NCBI GenBank assembly: GCA_030601705.1
Contig: JAUWBM010000001.1
Span: 3,473 to 67,472 of the forward strand
Reading direction: 5' to 3'
Length of the DNA: 64,000 bases
Source of the DNA: Thermoplasmatota archaeon
GTDB lineage: Archaea; Thermoplasmatota; E2; DHVEG-1
This document shows positions 9,709-19,967 of the stretch, piece by piece. How positions within the stretch are numbered: the stretch's first letter is position 1; each line of letters starts with the position of its first letter. A program made the position numbers and the translations under genes. The notes beneath the pieces are model-generated. The model was given only the letters and a program-made list of their open reading frames with translations. It did no database searches and was not told where the DNA came from.

Positions 9709-10161
9709 ATGACAACAGCGTATGATGTACCCACTAAAGGCTTGATAGATGCATTGACAAAAAAATTGCAGAGCGAGAAAGAGGTTATTCCGCCTGATTG
9801 GAGTGATTATGTGAGAACGGGCATATCAAGAGAAAACCCCCCAGAAAAAAAGGACTGGTGGTACGTAAGGTGCGCTTCTATTCTTCGAAAGATCTATATT
9901 AATAATAGCATTGGTACCGAGCGTTTGAGAAACGAGTATGGCGGAAAATGTGATAGGGGATCAAAACCATACAGAGCAAGGGGTGGCAGTGGATCAATTA
10001 TAAGACATGCATTACACCAATTGGAAAAGGCAGGTTTTGTTGCAAAGATTAGGGGAAAAGGTCGTGTTTTAACGCCGAAAGGAAGATCTCTTTTGGATAA
10101 TACGGCTTATGAAGTTAAGAAAAATCTTATAAGTTATTATCCTGAGCTTAAAAAATATTAA
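9709..10161 (+). CDS. rps19e: 30S ribosomal protein S19e
   Basis: MTTAYDVP...PPDWSDYVRTG...DWWYVRCASILRKIYINN...GSGSIIRHALHQLEKAGFV. Confidence 0.9.
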   Translation: MTTAYDVPTKGLIDALTKKLQSEKEVIPPDWSDYVRTGISRENPPEKKDWWYVRCASILRKIYINNSIGTERLRNEYGGKCDRGSKPYRARGGSGSIIRHALHQLEKAGFVAKIRGKGRVLTPKGRSLLDNTAYEVKKNLISYYPELKKY

Positions 10162-10203
10162 ATAGTTGAAGTCACAATAGGTTTATCCTGAGGCTTTGAA
10201 GTT

Positions 10204-10542
10204 ATGGATGATGAATTGGAGAATATCAAGAAAAAGAAATTGTTAGAACTTCAACAGCAACAGATGCTTTCTCAGGAGGTGGCCGAAGAAGCTCACGAAG
10301 AAGAGTTTGAAGAACAGAAAAAAGCAGTTCTCAGGAAAATTCTCACCACTGAGGCAAGGGAAAGGCTAGGAAGAATTAAGGTTGCTCGTCCAGAAATAGC
10401 AGAAAATATTGAGTACCAACTCATCATGCTTGCCCAATCTGGCAAACTCAAAAATAAAATAAATGATGAACAGTTACGGGGGTTACTTTCAAAGTTAATT
10501 CCAAAGAAAAGAGATATTACAATTAAAAGAAGAGGGTTCTAA
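10204..10542 (+). CDS. PDCD5/TFAR19-like dsDNA-binding protein
   Basis: KKKKLLELQQ...AVLRKILTTEARERLGRIKVARPEIAENIE...; this gene occupies this position in the conserved archaeal cluster. Confidence 0.8.
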   Translation: MDDELENIKKKKLLELQQQQMLSQEVAEEAHEEEFEEQKKAVLRKILTTEARERLGRIKVARPEIAENIEYQLIMLAQSGKLKNKINDEQLRGLLSKLIPKKRDITIKRRGF

Positions 10543-10701
10543 ATGTCAACTCATAAATCATTAGGTAAAAAACTTCGATTAAATAAGGCCACAAAGAGTA
10601 ATAGAAGAGTACCAGCGTGGGTCATGATTCGTACTAACAGACGTTTTACCAGACATCCAAAGACACGTAATTGGCGGAGAAACAAACTCAAGAAAGGTTG
10701 A
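10543..10701 (+). CDS. rpl39e: 50S ribosomal protein L39e (52 aa; below the ORF-track length cutoff)
   Basis: Translated by hand: [52 protein letters not shown]. Confidence 0.85.
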   Translation: MSTHKSLGKKLRLNKATKSNRRVPAWVMIRTNRRFTRHPKTRNWRRNKLKKG

Positions 10702-10706
10702 TTTTT

Positions 10707-11357
10707 ATGGCTGAAAAGGAGTCAAGTAAAGAAATTGAAAGGATATACGTTGTGCCACTTAGGAGGGCAAAAATCGGTAGATCTTCCCTAGCTGCTCCGA
10801 GAGCGGTTAAACAAGTTCGTGGTTTTCTTACTAAACATATGAAGGTTGATGGGGGAGATATCTGGATAGATGATTCTCTCAACAGAGAATTATGGTCTAA
10901 AGGTAAATACAAGATACCAAGTAAGATACGTGTGAGAGCTATTAAATTTGAAGATGGTGTTGTAGAAGTAACACTACCGGAACTTGGGGTTAAAAAATCA
11001 AGACGGGAAATTCTAAAGGAAGAAAAAGAAAAGAAAGCACCTATTCTCAGAAGAGAAGAAGCTGAGATGCCCGAAGAGGGGGCTCCTGGAACTGAAGATT
11101 ATGAAATTAGTCCTACAGCAGATGGAGAAGTAAAAATAAAGAAAAAGAAAGCGCCAAAGGAAGAAAAAACTGAAAAGAAGAAAGAAGCTAAGAAGAAAAC
11201 TGTCAAGAAGGTAGGAAAAAAAGAAGAAAAGAAACCAGCGAAAAAACCGAAAGCTTCTAAAGAAAAAAAGAAAGAATCTAAAACTTCCAAGAAACAAAAG
11301 AAACCCGCAGGTAAAAAGAAGGCGACTTCTAAAAAAACAGAGAAAAAAAGTGAATAA
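10707..11357 (+). CDS. rpl31e: 50S ribosomal protein L31e with a ~120-aa Lys/Glu-rich C-terminal tail
   Basis: ERIYVVPLRRAKIGRSSLAAPRAVKQVRGFLTKHMKVDGGDIWIDDSLNRELWSKG...IRVRAIKFEDGVVEV. Start set at ATG 10707, after the L39e stop; the track start at 10671 overlaps L39e. Confidence 0.85.
   Translation: MAEKESSKEIERIYVVPLRRAKIGRSSLAAPRAVKQVRGFLTKHMKVDGGDIWIDDSLNRELWSKGKYKIPSKIRVRAIKFEDGVVEVTLPELGVKKSRREILKEEKEKKAPILRREEAEMPEEGAPGTEDYEISPTADGEVKIKKKKAPKEEKTEKKKEAKKKTVKKVGKKEEKKPAKKPKASKEKKKESKTSKKQKKPAGKKKATSKKTEKKSE
11010..11357. repeat. low-complexity lysine-rich coding segment (KKxxKK periodicity) forming the L31e tail
   Basis: aag/aaa/gaa-rich DNA; antisense spurious ORFs 11013..11384 and 11099..11290 arise from it. 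Confidence 0.6.
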
Positions 11358-11360
11358 TAT

Positions 11361-12026
11361 ATGTTTCAACTTTTGGATTTCCATGAAAATCCGAATATAG
11401 GTGTTTACTGCAGGGCAAATGATTCTATCGTGTTTCTACAAAAAAATTTACTAAAGAGAGTGAAAAACGAGATTTCTTCTGCATTGGATACAAGCATCGT
11501 TGAATTAAGCATAGTTGATTCTACCATTATAGGCTCATTACTTGCATTAAACTCTCAGGGAGCAGTGGTCACTGATTTTGCGGATAAAGAAACAGTAGAT
11601 AAGATAAAGGAACAAGGACTTGATGTTTTTGTTGTTAAAGATGTTATAAATGCAGCAGGTAACGATATATTAGTAAATGATAACGGAGCGCTCATTCATC
11701 CTGATATCAAGAATTATTCTATGAAAAAGATCGGTGAAACACTGGGGGTGCCGGTTAAAAAAGGTACTATCGCTTCAATAAAAACTATCGGCATGGCTGC
11801 AGTAGTTACAAACAAAGGTTGTTTGTGTCATCCCAAAGTTACCGATGAAGAGAAAAAACAGTTGGAAAAATTATTTGACGTCTCCGTTATGATTGGAACA
11901 GTAAATCACGGTGTTCCTATGATAGGTAGCGGTCTCGTTGCAAATACGAAAGGTGCTATTATCGGTAAGCTTACTACAGGTATCGAGATGGGGAGAATCG
12001 AGGAGGCTCTGGGGTTTTTAGATTAA
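11361..12026 (+). CDS. eif6: translation initiation factor 6 (aIF6)
   Basis: NPNIGVYCRAND...IIGSLLALNSQGAVV...VVTNKGCLCHP...GSGLVANTKGAIIG, the repeated aIF6 pentein units. Confidence 0.9.
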   Translation: MFQLLDFHENPNIGVYCRANDSIVFLQKNLLKRVKNEISSALDTSIVELSIVDSTIIGSLLALNSQGAVVTDFADKETVDKIKEQGLDVFVVKDVINAAGNDILVNDNGALIHPDIKNYSMKKIGETLGVPVKKGTIASIKTIGMAAVVTNKGCLCHPKVTDEEKKQLEKLFDVSVMIGTVNHGVPMIGSGLVANTKGAIIGKLTTGIEMGRIEEALGFLD

Positions 12027-12279
12027 AATACTTCAACGTTATTTCTTTTTTATAAAACGGTTATTTTTAGGAGAAAATATCAAGATAACGAAGCGCTATG
12101 CGATTTTCCGAAACTTTCTTATATTAAATAGCACATTCATTTTTTAGGCGGAGAGATGGGATTGCTAGTATAACTAAAAAGTTTTTTAAGTGCGGTGTTA
12201 AACACCTCCGCCGCCTCCCCCATTTACCATTCCTATCCATTATCTTTAAGAACATTTATTTGTTTTACAGGTCGATTCC

Positions 12280-14157
12280 ATGAAACTGCTACTTATTCAT
12301 AGTGATTATATTGAATATGAAGTGAAGGATAAAGCCATTCCAAATCCTGAGGAAGTAAAACTAAAAAAAGATAGATTGGAAGAGGCGTTAACTGTGTTCA
12401 CCGCAGTAGAAAAAAATGATGAGAAATCACCACAGCAAACTGTTTTAGAGACTACTGAAGAAATTCGAAAAACTGCTGAGCAACTTAAAGTCAAAAATAT
12501 CATGCTTTATCCGTATGCTCATCTTTCTTCAAATTTGGCCAGTCCAAAAAAAGCTCAAGAAATTCTTATTGAAATTGAATACGAGTTAAAAAACAAAAAC
12601 TTCAATGTAAAAAGATCTCCATTTGGCTGGTATAAAGCATTTAAAATTTCTTGTAAGGGCCATCCCCTTTCTGAACTTTCTAGGGAGATTTCTCCTGGAG
12701 GAAAAGAAGCAGAATCATTAAAAAAGGAAAGAAAGCTCAGTTCTTATTGGTATATTCTAACAGAAGATGGTAAGTTACAAGATGTTGGAAAATTCAATTT
12801 TAAAGGACACGAGAATTTAAAGAAATTTTCATTTTATGAAAAAGAAAAATCAAGGGCAACAAAACAAGAATCCCCTCATGTTAAATTAATGCAAAAATTG
12901 GAAATAGCAGATTATGAACCTGCATCTGATGGGGGAAACATGAGGTTTTACCCCAAGGGTAGATTTATTAAAAAATTGATTGAGGAGTATGTGACCCAAA
13001 GGGTTGTTGAATATGGCGGTCTTGAGGTAGAAACTCCAATAATGTATGATATGGATCATCCTACACTTTCAAAATATTTACAGAGATTCCCTGCAAGGCA
13101 ATATCAAATTGAAAGCGACAAGAGAAACTTTTTCTTGAGATTTGCCGCATGTTTCGGCCAATTTTTAATGGCGCATGATGCTACTATTAGCTACAAAGAT
13201 TTGCCACTTAAGATATATGAGTTGACAAGGTATTCTTTTAGACGAGAACAATCGGGGGAGCTTACTGGGCTGAGAAGACTTAGAGCTTTTACAATGCCAG
13301 ATGTGCATGCCTTTACTTCTGATTTAGATATGGCCATGGATGAGTTCAAAGTAAGATTTGATTTATGTCTCAGTGTTTTGAAAAATATCGGAATAGACAA
13401 TACTGATATAGAGATGGCCTTACGAACAACAAAAGATTTTTATGGAAAAAATAAGGATTTCATAATCGATCTTGTAAAAAAACTTGGAAAACCAATTTTA
13501 ATAGAAATGTGGGATGAAAGAATATTTTACTTTATTTTAAAATTCGAATTTAACTTTGTAGATATGTCAGACAGAGCTTCTGCTTTAAGTACAGATCAAA
13601 TTGATATAGAAAATGGGGAAAGATACGATATTAATTTCACAGATAAAGATGGAAAACCAAAACATCCTTTAATTCTCCATTGTAGTCCTTCTGGTGCCAT
13701 AGAAAGAGTTATTTACGCATTACTCGAAAAAGAAGCAATTAAGATAAACAAAGGTCAAAAGCCTATGTTCCCAATGTGGCTTTCACCTACTCAAGTCAGA
13801 TTTGTTCCGGTTGGCAGTGATTTTGTAAAAACATGTGAAAATTTCGTTGATGAATTCAATAAAAAATCACCATTTATTCATATAAGGGCAGATATCGATG
13901 ATCGTGAGGAAAGTGTTAGTCGTAAAATACGTGATGCGGAAAAAGAATGGATTCCTATAATCATTGTTGTAGGCGATAAAGAGAAAGAGGGAAAAACATT
14001 TACGCCCAGATTTAGAAGTGAAAGTATTGGAGAAAACAATAAATCCTATTCGATAAATGAGTTACATGATTTGGTAATTAAGCAAGTAAAGGATTTCCCG
14101 CAGCATACATTACCGTTACCACTTTACTTATCAAAGAGACCGCGATTCAAAGGATAA
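12280..14157 (+). CDS. thrS: threonyl-tRNA synthetase, archaeal type (N-terminal editing domain)
   Basis: MKLLLIHSDYIEYEV, the archaeal ThrRS editing-domain start, followed by class II aaRS core motifs. Confidence 0.9.
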   Translation: MKLLLIHSDYIEYEVKDKAIPNPEEVKLKKDRLEEALTVFTAVEKNDEKSPQQTVLETTEEIRKTAEQLKVKNIMLYPYAHLSSNLASPKKAQEILIEIEYELKNKNFNVKRSPFGWYKAFKISCKGHPLSELSREISPGGKEAESLKKERKLSSYWYILTEDGKLQDVGKFNFKGHENLKKFSFYEKEKSRATKQESPHVKLMQKLEIADYEPASDGGNMRFYPKGRFIKKLIEEYVTQRVVEYGGLEVETPIMYDMDHPTLSKYLQRFPARQYQIESDKRNFFLRFAACFGQFLMAHDATISYKDLPLKIYELTRYSFRREQSGELTGLRRLRAFTMPDVHAFTSDLDMAMDEFKVRFDLCLSVLKNIGIDNTDIEMALRTTKDFYGKNKDFIIDLVKKLGKPILIEMWDERIFYFILKFEFNFVDMSDRASALSTDQIDIENGERYDINFTDKDGKPKHPLILHCSPSGAIERVIYALLEKEAIKINKGQKPMFPMWLSPTQVRFVPVGSDFVKTCENFVDEFNKKSPFIHIRADIDDREESVSRKIRDAEKEWIPIIIVVGDKEKEGKTFTPRFRSESIGENNKSYSINELHDLVIKQVKDFPQHTLPLPLYLSKRPRFKG

Positions 14158-14214
14158 TAATTCCAACAAACTAAAAAAGAAAAACCTATTACCGATACAT
14201 GGGAGGAGTGATTT

Positions 14215-15345
14215 ATGATAGAAAGAAAACAAATTCAAAAATTAGTCGATTCTTATGATAAAGATAATATCACTATCGGCGTCTTAGGCGGACATTCTGG
14301 TCTTGATGTTTGTAGAGGCAGTAAAAAGCTTGGTTTTAGGACTATTGCAGTCTGCCAGAAGGGAAGGGAGAAAACTTACACTAAGTATTATAAAACTCGC
14401 GGGGATGGGAAAGGTTGTGTTGATGAGACAATAGTTCTTGATAAGTTCTCAGATATAACAAAACCAAAAGTCCAGGAGCAGTTGAGAAAGGGAAATACTA
14501 TCTTTATACATAACAGATATTTCTGGGTTTATTTTGATTTTAATGATATAGAAAATAATTTTATGGTCCCAATTTACGGAACTCGTTCTATGCTTAAGCT
14601 TGAGGAAAGGGATGTTCCAAAGAATCAATATTATCTTTTGGAAAAAGCAGGTATACGGCTTCCTAAGATATTCAAATCGCCAAAGGATATTGACAGGCTT
14701 GTAATAGTAAAAGTGAGTGAAGCTATTCGAGGATACGAAAGAGCTTTTTTCTATGCTTCAAATTATGATGATTATAAGAAAAAATCTAATGAAATGCTTA
14801 CAAAAAAGATGATAAAAAAAGAATCGCTTGAAAAGGCAGTCATTGAGGAATATGTTATTGGTGCACAGATTAATTTCAATTATTTCTATTCAGTAATTGA
14901 TGATGAGCTTGAGATAATGGGCACAGATACAAGAAGACAAACTAATCTTGACGGTCTTATCCGGCTTCCTGCAAATGAACAGCTTGAAGTTCTTAAATAT
15001 ATGAAACCCAAAATAATTGAGACAGGTCATATCGCAGCAACAACTAAGGAATCCATTATTGAGAAAATATTTACACTTGGTGAAAAATTTGTTAAGACTA
15101 CTAAAAAGGAATACCCTCCTGGCATAATTGGTCCATTTGCGCTTCAGGGTGCCATTGCTGCGGATAAAGGAAAAGAAGAAATGGTAGTTTTTGATGTTTC
15201 AATGAGAATACCCGGTAGTCCGCTGACTCGTTTCACGCCGCATTCTGGTTATCTTTACGGTGATTCCATAAGCTATGGCGAAAGGATATCAATGGAGATA
15301 AAAAGAGCGGTAGAGATGGATAAGCTAAAAGAGATCGTCACATAG
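14215..15345 (+). CDS. purP: 5-formaminoimidazole-4-carboxamide ribonucleotide synthetase (PurP)
   Basis: ITIGVLGGHSGLDVCRGSKKLGFRTIAVC, the ATP-grasp PurP signature; ~376 aa. Confidence 0.85.
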   Translation: MIERKQIQKLVDSYDKDNITIGVLGGHSGLDVCRGSKKLGFRTIAVCQKGREKTYTKYYKTRGDGKGCVDETIVLDKFSDITKPKVQEQLRKGNTIFIHNRYFWVYFDFNDIENNFMVPIYGTRSMLKLEERDVPKNQYYLLEKAGIRLPKIFKSPKDIDRLVIVKVSEAIRGYERAFFYASNYDDYKKKSNEMLTKKMIKKESLEKAVIEEYVIGAQINFNYFYSVIDDELEIMGTDTRRQTNLDGLIRLPANEQLEVLKYMKPKIIETGHIAATTKESIIEKIFTLGEKFVKTTKKEYPPGIIGPFALQGAIAADKGKEEMVVFDVSMRIPGSPLTRFTPHSGYLYGDSISYGERISMEIKRAVEMDKLKEIVT

Positions 15346-15910
15346 CATCAGTGCAAGCGATTATTCTTTCTTCAGTAACAATTTTATCTACATTTATATC
15401 ATGTTCTTCTACAGGAATGGTATCAACGATTTGAAATTCAAACGCTAGACCAATATGTGTTGCGTTTATAGAATCCTTCAATAATCCATCATAATATCCC
15501 ATCCCATGCCCAATCCTATAACCACGCTCATCAAAGGCAACACCAGGAACAACGATGAGATCAATCACATCAAGAGAGGCTTCTTTCACATGTTCTTTTC
15601 CGGGTTCTAAGATACCATAAGCACCACAGTCAAGATTCTCCCAGTTTTCTAGTTTGGATAGAATTAAACATCTGTTTTCTTTGTTAGCAATTGGTACAAT
15701 TACATGTTTCCCATTTGATATGCACTCCTTGATCATATTGTGAGTATAAACCTCATTATCATAAGAAATGTAGAAGAGGATCGTATGCACCTGATTGAAC
15801 TCTTTCATCTCAAAAAATCTTTCTTTTATTTGATTGCTTTTTTCCAATATCTCTGATTTAGGTACATCGCTTCTTTTCTTCAACATTTTTTGACGAAGTA
15901 CTTTTTTCAT
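15338..15910 (-). CDS. 5-formyltetrahydrofolate cyclo-ligase (MTHFS) family
   Basis: Size and motif layout of the 5-FTHF cyclo-ligase family; convergent with purP. Confidence 0.7.
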   Translation of the reverse strand: MKKVLRQKMLKKRSDVPKSEILEKSNQIKERFFEMKEFNQVHTILFYISYDNEVYTHNMIKECISNGKHVIVPIANKENRCLILSKLENWENLDCGAYGILEPGKEHVKEASLDVIDLIVVPGVAFDERGYRIGHGMGYYDGLLKDSINATHIGLAFEFQIVDTIPVEEHDINVDKIVTEERIIACTDAM

Positions 15911-16230
15911 TTCAGATGTGTATAAATCTCACGATATATAGAGCTTAACTATTTTTTAATTAACAAAAAAGATTGCGACTTTGGGTTTTCTGATACTGAA
16001 TTAATAGAAAACACTTCAGACAATCCCTCTTTTTCAATGGTATCGACAATATTATCTTTCAGCCGTCTATATATGCGATCTAAATGTACTGATTTTGCAT
16101 ATTACCCTACAATGGAATTTTTAAAATATCAGTTCCTTCATATACAAGTATACGACATCTAATTCCATAAAAATAATATACCCATTTAGTGTTGTAATCA
16201 AAAAAATTTGAGATAGTTAATGGGATAAAC

Positions 16231-17181
16231 ATGAAAGGTCAAGGCATCGGCTTCGGAAAGGCCATTTTATTTAATGAACACTTTGTAGTATATGGGATAC
16301 CATCGATTGTTTCTGCAATAGGTAAATATACGGTTGCTAAAGTAGAACCATATGATCAATCTAAGTTGATACTAGAGGACAAAAGGGATGCAACCCCAAA
16401 GTACAAAGAAGAAAAACTTGACCAACAGAATAATTCCATTAATAGAATTTTGAAGAAAATGGGCATTGATACATCCAAAAATGGAATCAAAATTACGTTG
16501 AATGGGAATCTTTATGCAGCAAGTGGTATCGGTGCTAGTGCAGCTTCTTGTGTGGCGATTGGGAGAGCCCTATCAGATTATTATAACCTCAATCTTTCAG
16601 ATGATGAAATTAACGAGATAGCATATGAAGGAGAGAAAGGATATCATGGTACTCCATCAGGAGTTGACAACACTGCATCAACCTATGGAGGACTTATTTG
16701 GTTTCAAAAAGAAGAAAATAATATCATAGAGAAAATTTCAATTTCCAACCCTATTGAAATCGTAATAGGCAATACCGGCAAAGTTGCAAACACAGTTGCC
16801 GCAGTTGCTGGTGTTAGGGAGAGAAAAGAGGAAAAACCTGAGAAATATAAGGCGATATTTGATAGAACTGAAAATATAGCATATTTAGCAAAAACAGCGT
16901 TGCAAGAAGGGGATTATAGAGAAGTTGGAAAGCTCATGAATGAAAACCATAAACTATTGCAACAGATTGAAGTTTCATCGAGGGAACTTGATTTTCTTGT
17001 AAATATCGCACGAGAATATGGAGCCCTTGGATCGAAACTTACTGGTGGCGGCTTAGGGGGAAACATGATTGCTCTGACGCCGGGTAAAGAACTGCAAGAA
17101 AAGGTAGCAAATGCCATAGAAAAAGAAGGATTTCAGACCATAAAGACGGTCATAGGCGCATCCCGGGACGGTATCGAGTAA
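16231..17181 (+). CDS. mvk: mevalonate kinase (GHMP kinase)
   Basis: GKAILFNEHFVVYG, ASGIGASAA and GGGLGG GHMP motifs. Confidence 0.85.
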   Translation: MKGQGIGFGKAILFNEHFVVYGIPSIVSAIGKYTVAKVEPYDQSKLILEDKRDATPKYKEEKLDQQNNSINRILKKMGIDTSKNGIKITLNGNLYAASGIGASAASCVAIGRALSDYYNLNLSDDEINEIAYEGEKGYHGTPSGVDNTASTYGGLIWFQKEENNIIEKISISNPIEIVIGNTGKVANTVAAVAGVRERKEEKPEKYKAIFDRTENIAYLAKTALQEGDYREVGKLMNENHKLLQQIEVSSRELDFLVNIAREYGALGSKLTGGGLGGNMIALTPGKELQEKVANAIEKEGFQTIKTVIGASRDGIE

Positions 17182-18491
17182 TGAATCTTCGTGATTTTCT
17201 ATCCACACTTGAAAAGGAAAATAAATTGATACGCATAAAAAAAGAAGTATCTACAAATTATGAAATAGCGAATGTCATGTATTCTCTCGATGAAAAACCA
17301 GTTATTTTTGAGAATGTCAAAGGATTTGATTTCCAGGTTTTTGGTGGTATTACTTCAAATAGGGACATTATTGCCAATGGTCTAGACACAACAAAAGATA
17401 AAATTTTGTTTAAGCTTGTTGAAGCGCTTCGCAATCCAAAAGAACCGGAGATGACAGACAAAGCGCCATGCCAAGAAGTTGTGATAAAAGATCCTGACCT
17501 AAGTAAAATCCCACTCCTCTACCATCTAGATGGTGATGGCGGCAGATATGCCTCTGCTACGGTTTCAACGATAAAAGATCCCGATACAGGCAGAAACGTG
17601 TCATATCATCGTTTAATGGAAATTGGTAAAAACAAGTTCACTGCGCGTCTCATTAAAAACAGACAGACTCGTACCACTTACGACAAACTCCAGGGAGATC
17701 TAGAGATGGCAGTATGTATTGGTAACTCGGTAGCGGTTATGATTGCAGCTTCGCTTGGACCGCCTTCCGGTGTTGACGAATTTTCCATAGCAAATGCTCT
17801 TGATAAGACACCTATGATTAAATGTATAACAAAAGATCTTGAAGTTCCGGCTGAATCAGAATTTGTTATAGAAGGAAGACTTACTAGGGAACTCGATAGA
17901 GAAGGTCCCTTTGTTGACCTTACTGAAACAAGAGATTTTGAGCGACAAGAGCCTGTTTTTGTCGTTGATTGTATAACACGTAGAAAGGATGCAATGTATC
18001 AAGCGTTGATTCCTGGTAGACTTGAACACAAAACGCTCATGGGCATGCCAAAAGAACCGACTATCTACAACGAAGTAAGTAAAGTGGTAGACTGTAAAAA
18101 TGTGCTTGTAACAATGGGTGGCGGTTCATGGCTTCATGGTGTTGTCCAAATCAAGAAGAGACATCCTGATGACGCGAAAAAAGCAATTGAAGCTGCCTTT
18201 AACGGTCATAAAAGCATGAAACATGTGGTTATCATTGATGAGGATGTTGATATTTACAATTCAACTGCTATAGAATGGGCTATTGCAACTAGATTTCAGG
18301 GTGACAATGACCTGACTATAAAACCTGATCAACCAGGTAGCTCTCTTGACCCCTCGGGTAAACATGAAGTGGGGAAGAAAACTCTCACGACAAAGGTGGG
18401 CGTTGATGCAACGATTCCACCTCATATTGATAAAAGTAAATATGAGGTTGTTCAATACAAAAAAGTTGATATAGATGATTACCTCAGGTGA
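17181..18491 (+). CDS. UbiD-family decarboxylase (candidate trans-anhydromevalonate-5-phosphate decarboxylase)
   Basis: UbiD N-terminal signature (LRDFLSTLEKENKLIRIKKEV...VIFENVKG); start overlaps the mvk stop (TAATG). Confidence 0.8.
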   Translation: MNLRDFLSTLEKENKLIRIKKEVSTNYEIANVMYSLDEKPVIFENVKGFDFQVFGGITSNRDIIANGLDTTKDKILFKLVEALRNPKEPEMTDKAPCQEVVIKDPDLSKIPLLYHLDGDGGRYASATVSTIKDPDTGRNVSYHRLMEIGKNKFTARLIKNRQTRTTYDKLQGDLEMAVCIGNSVAVMIAASLGPPSGVDEFSIANALDKTPMIKCITKDLEVPAESEFVIEGRLTRELDREGPFVDLTETRDFERQEPVFVVDCITRRKDAMYQALIPGRLEHKTLMGMPKEPTIYNEVSKVVDCKNVLVTMGGGSWLHGVVQIKKRHPDDAKKAIEAAFNGHKSMKHVVIIDEDVDIYNSTAIEWAIATRFQGDNDLTIKPDQPGSSLDPSGKHEVGKKTLTTKVGVDATIPPHIDKSKYEVVQYKKVDIDDYLR

Positions 18492-18792
18492 TGGTAAATT
18501 CAAAGTGTGGCTTGAGGAGAAAAAGATTGGTGATGATCTCCTCTACATTCTAGGTGGAGGTGAACGAACTCATATTGGAGGAATTGTTTTCTGCGAACCA
18601 AATAAAGAACCTCAGATCATATATTTAGCAGGGCATTATGATGATATTGTTTTAAAAACAATTGCCGAGACAGCATGTAAAAAATACGGCACCAAAGTAG
18701 TTGTAACCGGTGGCATTCATATAGATAATGCTACAAAAAATGATATCGAGAAATTAGTTGAAAATTGTAGGGAGCTAGAAAAATGTATTTAA
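18475..18792 (+). CDS. small uncharacterised protein (105 aa) embedded in the mevalonate operon
   Basis: ORF track; both ends overlap neighbouring genes, suggesting translational coupling. Motifs GGGERTHIGGIVF and VVVTGGIHID; no family assigned. Confidence 0.4.
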   Translation: MITSGDGKFKVWLEEKKIGDDLLYILGGGERTHIGGIVFCEPNKEPQIIYLAGHYDDIVLKTIAETACKKYGTKVVVTGGIHIDNATKNDIEKLVENCRELEKCI

Positions 18793-19967
18793 CTAAAGAA
18801 GAAGAGAAAATTCTTGATGGCGATGAAGGGGAAGTAGAAGCGAGATTGTTTAGGCTGCTTGTGCGATTGGGAGAAATATACGGTGCTGATAAGATGATAC
18901 CTGTAGGATCTGTTCAAGTTGCAGGTGTTTCTTACAAATCCATTAGTGATCCGGGTACAGAGTTCTTAGAAGATATGGCATCAAAAGGTGCCAAGGTAAA
19001 GGTACTCACCTATCTCAATCCTGCAGGAATGGATCTTGAGAATTGGAAGAAAATAGGCTTTCCAAAGGATTTTGCAAAGAATCAGCTGAGGATAATGAAT
19101 GCATTCAAAAGCATGGGCATTGTAATCACTTCTACCTGTACACCGTATCTTGCTGGTAATTTACCACGTTTTAGAGAGCATATAGCCTGGTCAGAATCTT
19201 CTGCGGTTTCATTTTCTAATTCCGTAATTGGAGCGAGAACCAATAGAGAAGGAGGGCCTTCTGCTCTTGCTGCTGCTATTTGCGGTAGAACGCCAAACTA
19301 TGGATTGCATCTTTGGGAAAAACGTCAACCTAACATTAAAATTAAGGTGGACGCTGACATGGACTTTAATGCTGATTTTGGTGCTCTTGGATATTTTGTT
19401 GGTAAGCAAGTTAAAAATAAGATTCCGTACTTTACAGGCATAAAAAATGCAAACACAGACCAGTTAAAGGCACTTGGTGCCGCAATGGCTGCCTCAGGAG
19501 CAGTCGCGTTGTATCACGTCGAGGGGTTGACACCAGAGGCGGATTTGGTTGAAAAGGATGGTTTGGAAACTATAGACGTTGGTAAAAAAGAACTTGATGA
19601 AACCTATGAGAAACTGAATTCCGGTAAAGATCCAGATATTGTGATCCTAGGATGCCCACATGCATCTCTTAGAGAGATTTCGACGCTTGCGGTCAAACTT
19701 AAAGATAAACGTTTGAAGAAACCCATTTGGATATGTACTTCAAGAATGATGAAAGAGGCAGCAGATAGAATGGGTTTCACCGAGATAATCGAGAAGGCAG
19801 GAGGCTACATTGTTGCTGACACCTGCATGGTTGTTTCACCTATTGAGGAAATGGGATATAAAACTACAGGTGTAAACTCCGGTAAAGCAGCAAATTATTT
19901 GCCAGGCTTTTGTAAACAGGATGTTGTCTTTGCAAATATAAATAAGCTGATAGAGGTGCAATCATGA
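18783..19967 (+). CDS. aconitase X catalytic subunit (DUF521; phosphomevalonate dehydratase large subunit candidate)
   Basis: MYLTKEEEKILDGDEGEVEARLFRLLVRLGEIYGADKMIPVGSVQVAG, typical AcnX start. Confidence 0.8.
   Translation: MYLTKEEEKILDGDEGEVEARLFRLLVRLGEIYGADKMIPVGSVQVAGVSYKSISDPGTEFLEDMASKGAKVKVLTYLNPAGMDLENWKKIGFPKDFAKNQLRIMNAFKSMGIVITSTCTPYLAGNLPRFREHIAWSESSAVSFSNSVIGARTNREGGPSALAAAICGRTPNYGLHLWEKRQPNIKIKVDADMDFNADFGALGYFVGKQVKNKIPYFTGIKNANTDQLKALGAAMAASGAVALYHVEGLTPEADLVEKDGLETIDVGKKELDETYEKLNSGKDPDIVILGCPHASLREISTLAVKLKDKRLKKPIWICTSRMMKEAADRMGFTEIIEKAGGYIVADTCMVVSPIEEMGYKTTGVNSGKAANYLPGFCKQDVVFANINKLIEVQS

Noticed and set aside
10671-10706. Track start of the L31e ORF at 10671 ([12 protein letters not shown]…)
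   Set aside because: That start overlaps the rpl39e coding sequence in another frame. The ATG at 10707, immediately after the L39e stop, gives a canonical L31e N-terminus.
11013-11384. Minus-strand ORFs 11013..11384 and 11099..11290 (Phe/Leu-rich)
   Set aside because: Antisense translation of the Lys-rich (aaa/aag/gaa) tail of L31e; compositional artefact.
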